Assembly (NCBI GenBank): GCA_030704615.1 | Contig: JAKLZA010000210.1 | Location: forward strand, 1 to 13,000 | DNA: 13,000 bases | Direction: 5' to 3' | Source: Takakia lepidozioides | Lineage: Eukaryota > Plantae > Bryophyta | Shown: positions 9,020 to 13,000 of the stretch, piece by piece | Layout: every line of letters begins with the position of its first letter | Position numbering within the stretch: the first letter of the stretch is position 1 | Notes under the pieces: generated by a model | What the model saw: only the letters and a program-made list of their open reading frames with translations | What the model was told of the DNA's origin: nothing | Database searches by the model: none | Translations under genes and position numbers: made by a program

Positions 9020-9410
9020 AAACGGAAATTACTTTAAAAATAGACACGTGGAGGTCAGGGTGCGACACACAGCAGAGAATGAAGTGCAAGGACAGGTGTC
9101 AAAAAGAAAGAGGACAAGAACGGCCGTCAAAAGGGATGAAAGGCGGGCCCATTAATGAATACGGAAAAAGGGAAACAGAACGAACGGCAAGTACAGAAAA
9201 ACTGAATTCATGTCGCATGTGTGATCCTAGTGGACTATCCAACAGGGAAAGTCCACTAAAGAAGATAAAAGTTAAAATCCAGTCACAGCGGATACAGCCA
9301 ATAGAAAACCAGAGAAATGATCAAGAAAATGGAGGGAAATTAAGCGCAAGAGGCGGCGTCGTTCTGAGTAACGGGCGTCTCGACAGGACAGGCCATAAAT
9401 GCTATAACTT
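9020..9410 (+). promoter_or_regulatory. Putative internal plant-type promoter for the 3' accessory ORF
   Basis: G-box CACGTG 9045-9050, site-II-like GGGCCCA 9145-9151, AACGG cores at 9021, 9119, 9183 and 9370, CCAAT 9298-9302, TATAA 9403-9407. Locally CpG-richer than pol. Short motifs only. Confidence 0.4.
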
Positions 9411-9633
9411 GGAAACTATGGAGGAACTAACAGACTATACGCTCGCAATATTACTTACGCAATGGCAGAGACACGAAACGAAAGAGCAGAGCTTTTCTCT
9501 TGAACAATGCTTGCAAGCCCCGCAGGCTTACAAGAGATTACCCATAGCTTTCTGCGGCAACCATACGTTTCTGCTTTGTGCACTACAGGCATTCCTGCAG
9601 TTGTTACAGCCAAAGCAGTTCTGTGAGTCTAAG

Positions 9634-12600
9634 ATGAAGAGAGTGAGAGGAATGGAGGAAATCAGGGTGAAGAGCACCACAATTCTGCAGAAACAAACGA
9701 TGGCTACCCCACAGGCGATAAAGATACTGAAGGAGCTGAGATTGGAAGGATTGCAAAGCATGGATTGGACACTACACCATAGACAGTACATGTTACAATT
9801 TTTGCAGAACTTTGAGCCAAAGACAGGAACAACAACGGTGAAGGGAGTTGAATTAATGATTACTCCCCTATACCTCCAGCAATTGTTTCGATTGCCAGCA
9901 GGTCATGTGTATGTGGAGGAACACAGGGAAAGACTGCAAATAGGGGATTTATTCCAAGAAGGGAGTTTCTTTAAAACTCAGGGTTATGCTTGTACCAAAG
10001 CTGTGTACCCAGGGTTAAAAGACATAGGCAAGTATTGAACGTTCTGATTGCCCTGAAACAGAACCAACAATATTTGAGCAGATCCTTCACAGAGGAAATC
10101 CTCAAAGGCTTGAAGGGACAAGAGGTACCATGGGCGGACATAATGTACAACGCACTGGTAGAGGAGATGAAAAGATTACAAGGTACTACCGCAAAATCTC
10201 CTATCATAGTGTCTGGCCCAATCATTGCTCAAATAATCCTTGATTCTCGCATACTTAATGCACAAGAAAGGAAGGAAATGGGAGTGTTTGAGCCAGAAAC
10301 AACTGCAATGGAAGACCAAGGCTCTTCACACAGTGAGGGTGGACTAGCAGCACAACCCGAGACTAAGAGGCAGAGAAGGGAAAGACTGTAGTGGCGATCC
10401 ACTGGCTTCACGGATTCCGCATGATAATGTTTCCCAAGCTCATGACCAGGAAGGGGCACAGCAGCACAAAAGAATGTTATTACTGGAAGCAGGACCTTCA
10501 GAGAGGGAGGAAGAAGTTACTTCTGCATCACAACCAACACAGCCACTTGAACGACTTGTCACAAGGTCACAAGTTATCCATGCAGCTCAACCCGAAATAA
10601 TTGATTTGGAAAGTGAAGGGATAGATATTCCAACTACAGAACAGATAGTGGCGGAAATAGAGAAAGGGGACCTTCTCTATGAATATTCTGGTCTGGTCAA
10701 GCAGACAGAAATCCCAGAGGTGCAACAGTTGCCCAAGAGAAATCCTGAGGTACATATAATGCACACACCTGTGTCGGAGGTACCACAGGCGGAAGGCCAT
10801 GACACTGTAGCACCGGTCATAAATGAAGTAGTTCAGGAAGAAAATCCGGTGGGACAATGGTCTGAATGGTTAGTGAGACATCATACTGTTGAAGATCGGA
10901 GGAACAGCAGCAACCTCACCATGATGACCCTCAACAGGCAATGCTGATGAGTTCCATAGGCAGGACACTTAATTTGTTGGGGACTTATGTCAAAACCCAT
11001 GTTCCAATTACCCAATTGACAGCCTTGAAAGAAGAACTCAGGAAGGAGTTTGAGGCTCGACTTGCCACTGAGTGTGCAAACAAGGTCGATGAAGAGGTCA
11101 CTCTCAAGATGAAGCAGGACTTGGCCAATACAGAAATGGCTTTGCAATTGGCCAAGCAACAATTGATTGAGGCAGGCCTCGCGCAAGACCAGTTGCACGA
11201 AGCACATAAGCAACAGCTATACCAAATGCAGGTGCAGCATGAAAGCAAGTTGCAAGAACTGAATGCACTACATACGGAGTTGCAGACAGTGCATAACAGG
11301 ATGGCGATACAATGCGCTACATTTACAACTATGCTTGACCAATCAACAAAAGAAATAAACAGTCAAGCGGAAAAATGTACGAAGGCAGAAGAAGAGAATG
11401 TGGAGCACATGAAGCTCATTGTCGATATGAAGAATACAATCTGTCGCAATGAAGATACTTTCAAGCAATACAGGCAGATGGAAGCTGAGCAAGAGAAATA
11501 CATCGTGGAGTTGCAACAAACCATCGTGGCCAATAGAAATGAAATCGCGGTCAGTAACAAGGCTTCGAAAGAAGCCAATAATCTACTTGCTGCCTATGCG
11601 CAATTGGTTGAGCCACAGGCGAAGCGCATGAAGGCTTTACAACAGCAGTTGGAATTGTATAAGCTAAGAGAGGAGCAAACTCTCAGGGGAACCACAAGCA
11701 GCTTGGTGGATAACAGCCTTATGCAGGTCTGGTTAGCACAAGGGCCAGTAGAAGGCAAAGCCCCACGGAAGCTCACCCAAAGCGAGATGAATGAGCTTAG
11801 ACTGCAGGTGCAGAACATTGCCACAACTACTATAGACAATGTCTATAGTAGGATAGCAGAGTTACAAGAGGATGTAGACGGACTCCAGACTCAAGTGGAA
11901 GACCTCACTTCAAACATCGACCAAAGAGTCTATATCCCTCAGGAACAGCTAATGGCTTCTTATTTGCAAGCCAGAACTCTGGCTTTTCAGTCTTCACAGG
12001 AGGTGCAGGAGATGCCAATGGTACAGGAACCAGTACCACCACCACCACAACAGGTCAGTGTACCAGTAGCTGAACCTGTGGTTACTACAACCACACCACA
12101 GCCACCACAGCCGGAGGTATGGGGCAATGCAGCTTTTAACCCACCTAAAACTCCAGCTGCCAGGGAGTACAGTAGGGCTATGATTATGCCCTTCAACCAA
12201 ATTCCCATCATGTTGGATTTGGCTTGGAAAGAATTTAGTCCTCCGCAGTCATTCGCACATTACTACCAAATCATGCGTATTTGGCTGCCAGTGGCAACCA
12301 GGACTAAAGTTCTTCCAAACAATCGACATATTGAAGATCATCACTTTGCACAATACTGGCACGAGGCAGGTACCATGTTGAGGGAATTGGTTGCTTTCCA
12401 GGTTGTACATGGACTCATTTATACCAAGACCAAGGAAATAGCAAGTATTGTCATGGGGTGCGGGCTATACTACGCTGCTTGTTTTCTGATACGTTACCAC
12501 ATTGAGCAACAAAAGATGCAAGCACGCTTTCAAAGTTACTCCAGTGGAGATCATTGGGTATTACCTTCGGTGCCACCTCATATGTACCTATATGACCCAA

Positions 12601-13000
12601 AAGTTATGATACAGAAGGATTCTCAAATTCGTTCATGGTTTCAAGCAGCCTGCAACAATTTGTCAACACAGAAATTCGGACTTGATGACATTTTCTATAA
12701 GGGACATATCGCATGGAAATACTTGCACGCTGCACCAGTAATCGGTACCCCACTCATTTGGACAGACAATGAGCTCAGTGTCTACACCAATTTTGCTGTT
12801 CAACGGTTACACCAGGTTGTAAAATGCAAACTTCCAGACATGGTAGGACAGCATTGTATGCCCCAGATGATTCCACAAAAAGTTCGAAAATTAAAACACC
12901 TGAGAGGCGATGAGGATTCTGATACAACTGTTTCTTCACAAAATTCTTTTGACATGGGAGAAGACTATGCAATTCAGATGGAAGAGAAGAAACAAAGGGG
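9634..13000 (+). CDS. Large 3' accessory protein: plant-transposon (Transposase_32 / Athila extra-ORF-like) N-domain, long coiled coil, Pro linker, unknown C-domain. Runs off the window.
   Basis: Four frame segments (shifts near 10030, 10380 and 10890). By hand translation, the frame 10893-13000 (~700 codons, ATG at 10941) has no stop. The N-domain pattern QFLQNF...TTVKGVELMITP...LFRLP...VPWADIM...GPIIAQII resembles known plant retroelement extra ORFs (by recall). Start codon uncertain. Confidence 0.8.

Larger units (their letters stand above)
1415..13000 (+). mobile_element. Ty3/Gypsy non-chromovirus LTR retrotransposon copy B with 5' and 3' extra coding regions (3' end outside the window)
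   Basis: Order LTR-PBS-gag-PR-RT-RH-INT is the Gypsy domain order. No chromodomain and no extra archaeal-type RNase H visible. Accessory ORF downstream of pol. Confidence 0.9.

Noticed and set aside
12438-12491. Hydrophobic IASIVMGCGLYYAACFLI as an Env transmembrane helix
   Set aside because: A single moderately hydrophobic 18-mer with no evident signal peptide. A buried helix is equally likely, so I do not call the ORF env.

Overview
The whole window is plant-type Ty3/Gypsy (non-chromovirus) LTR-retrotransposon DNA on the + strand, made of two closely related copies. Copy A contributes only the end of its integrase (1-1149) and a CACAG-rich array (1233-1420). Copy B starts at that array with a probable 5' LTR (~1415-2031) and a tRNA-Arg-like PBS (2034-2052). 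It continues with an uncharacterised 5' coding segment, gag with three CCHC knuckles, and protease-RT-RNase H-integrase (to 8735). After pol it has its own 10-bp-phased CACAG array (8733-8944), a promoter-like stretch and a very large sense accessory ORF (9634 to beyond 13000, at least ~1100 codons). The last ~700 codons of that ORF are uninterrupted and absent from the supplied ORF track because the frame runs off the window. No second LTR is visible. The many frameshifts in copy B look more like sequencing indels than decay. The most interesting hypothesis is a module of phased array plus accessory protein, with the element inserting into the array of its own siblings.
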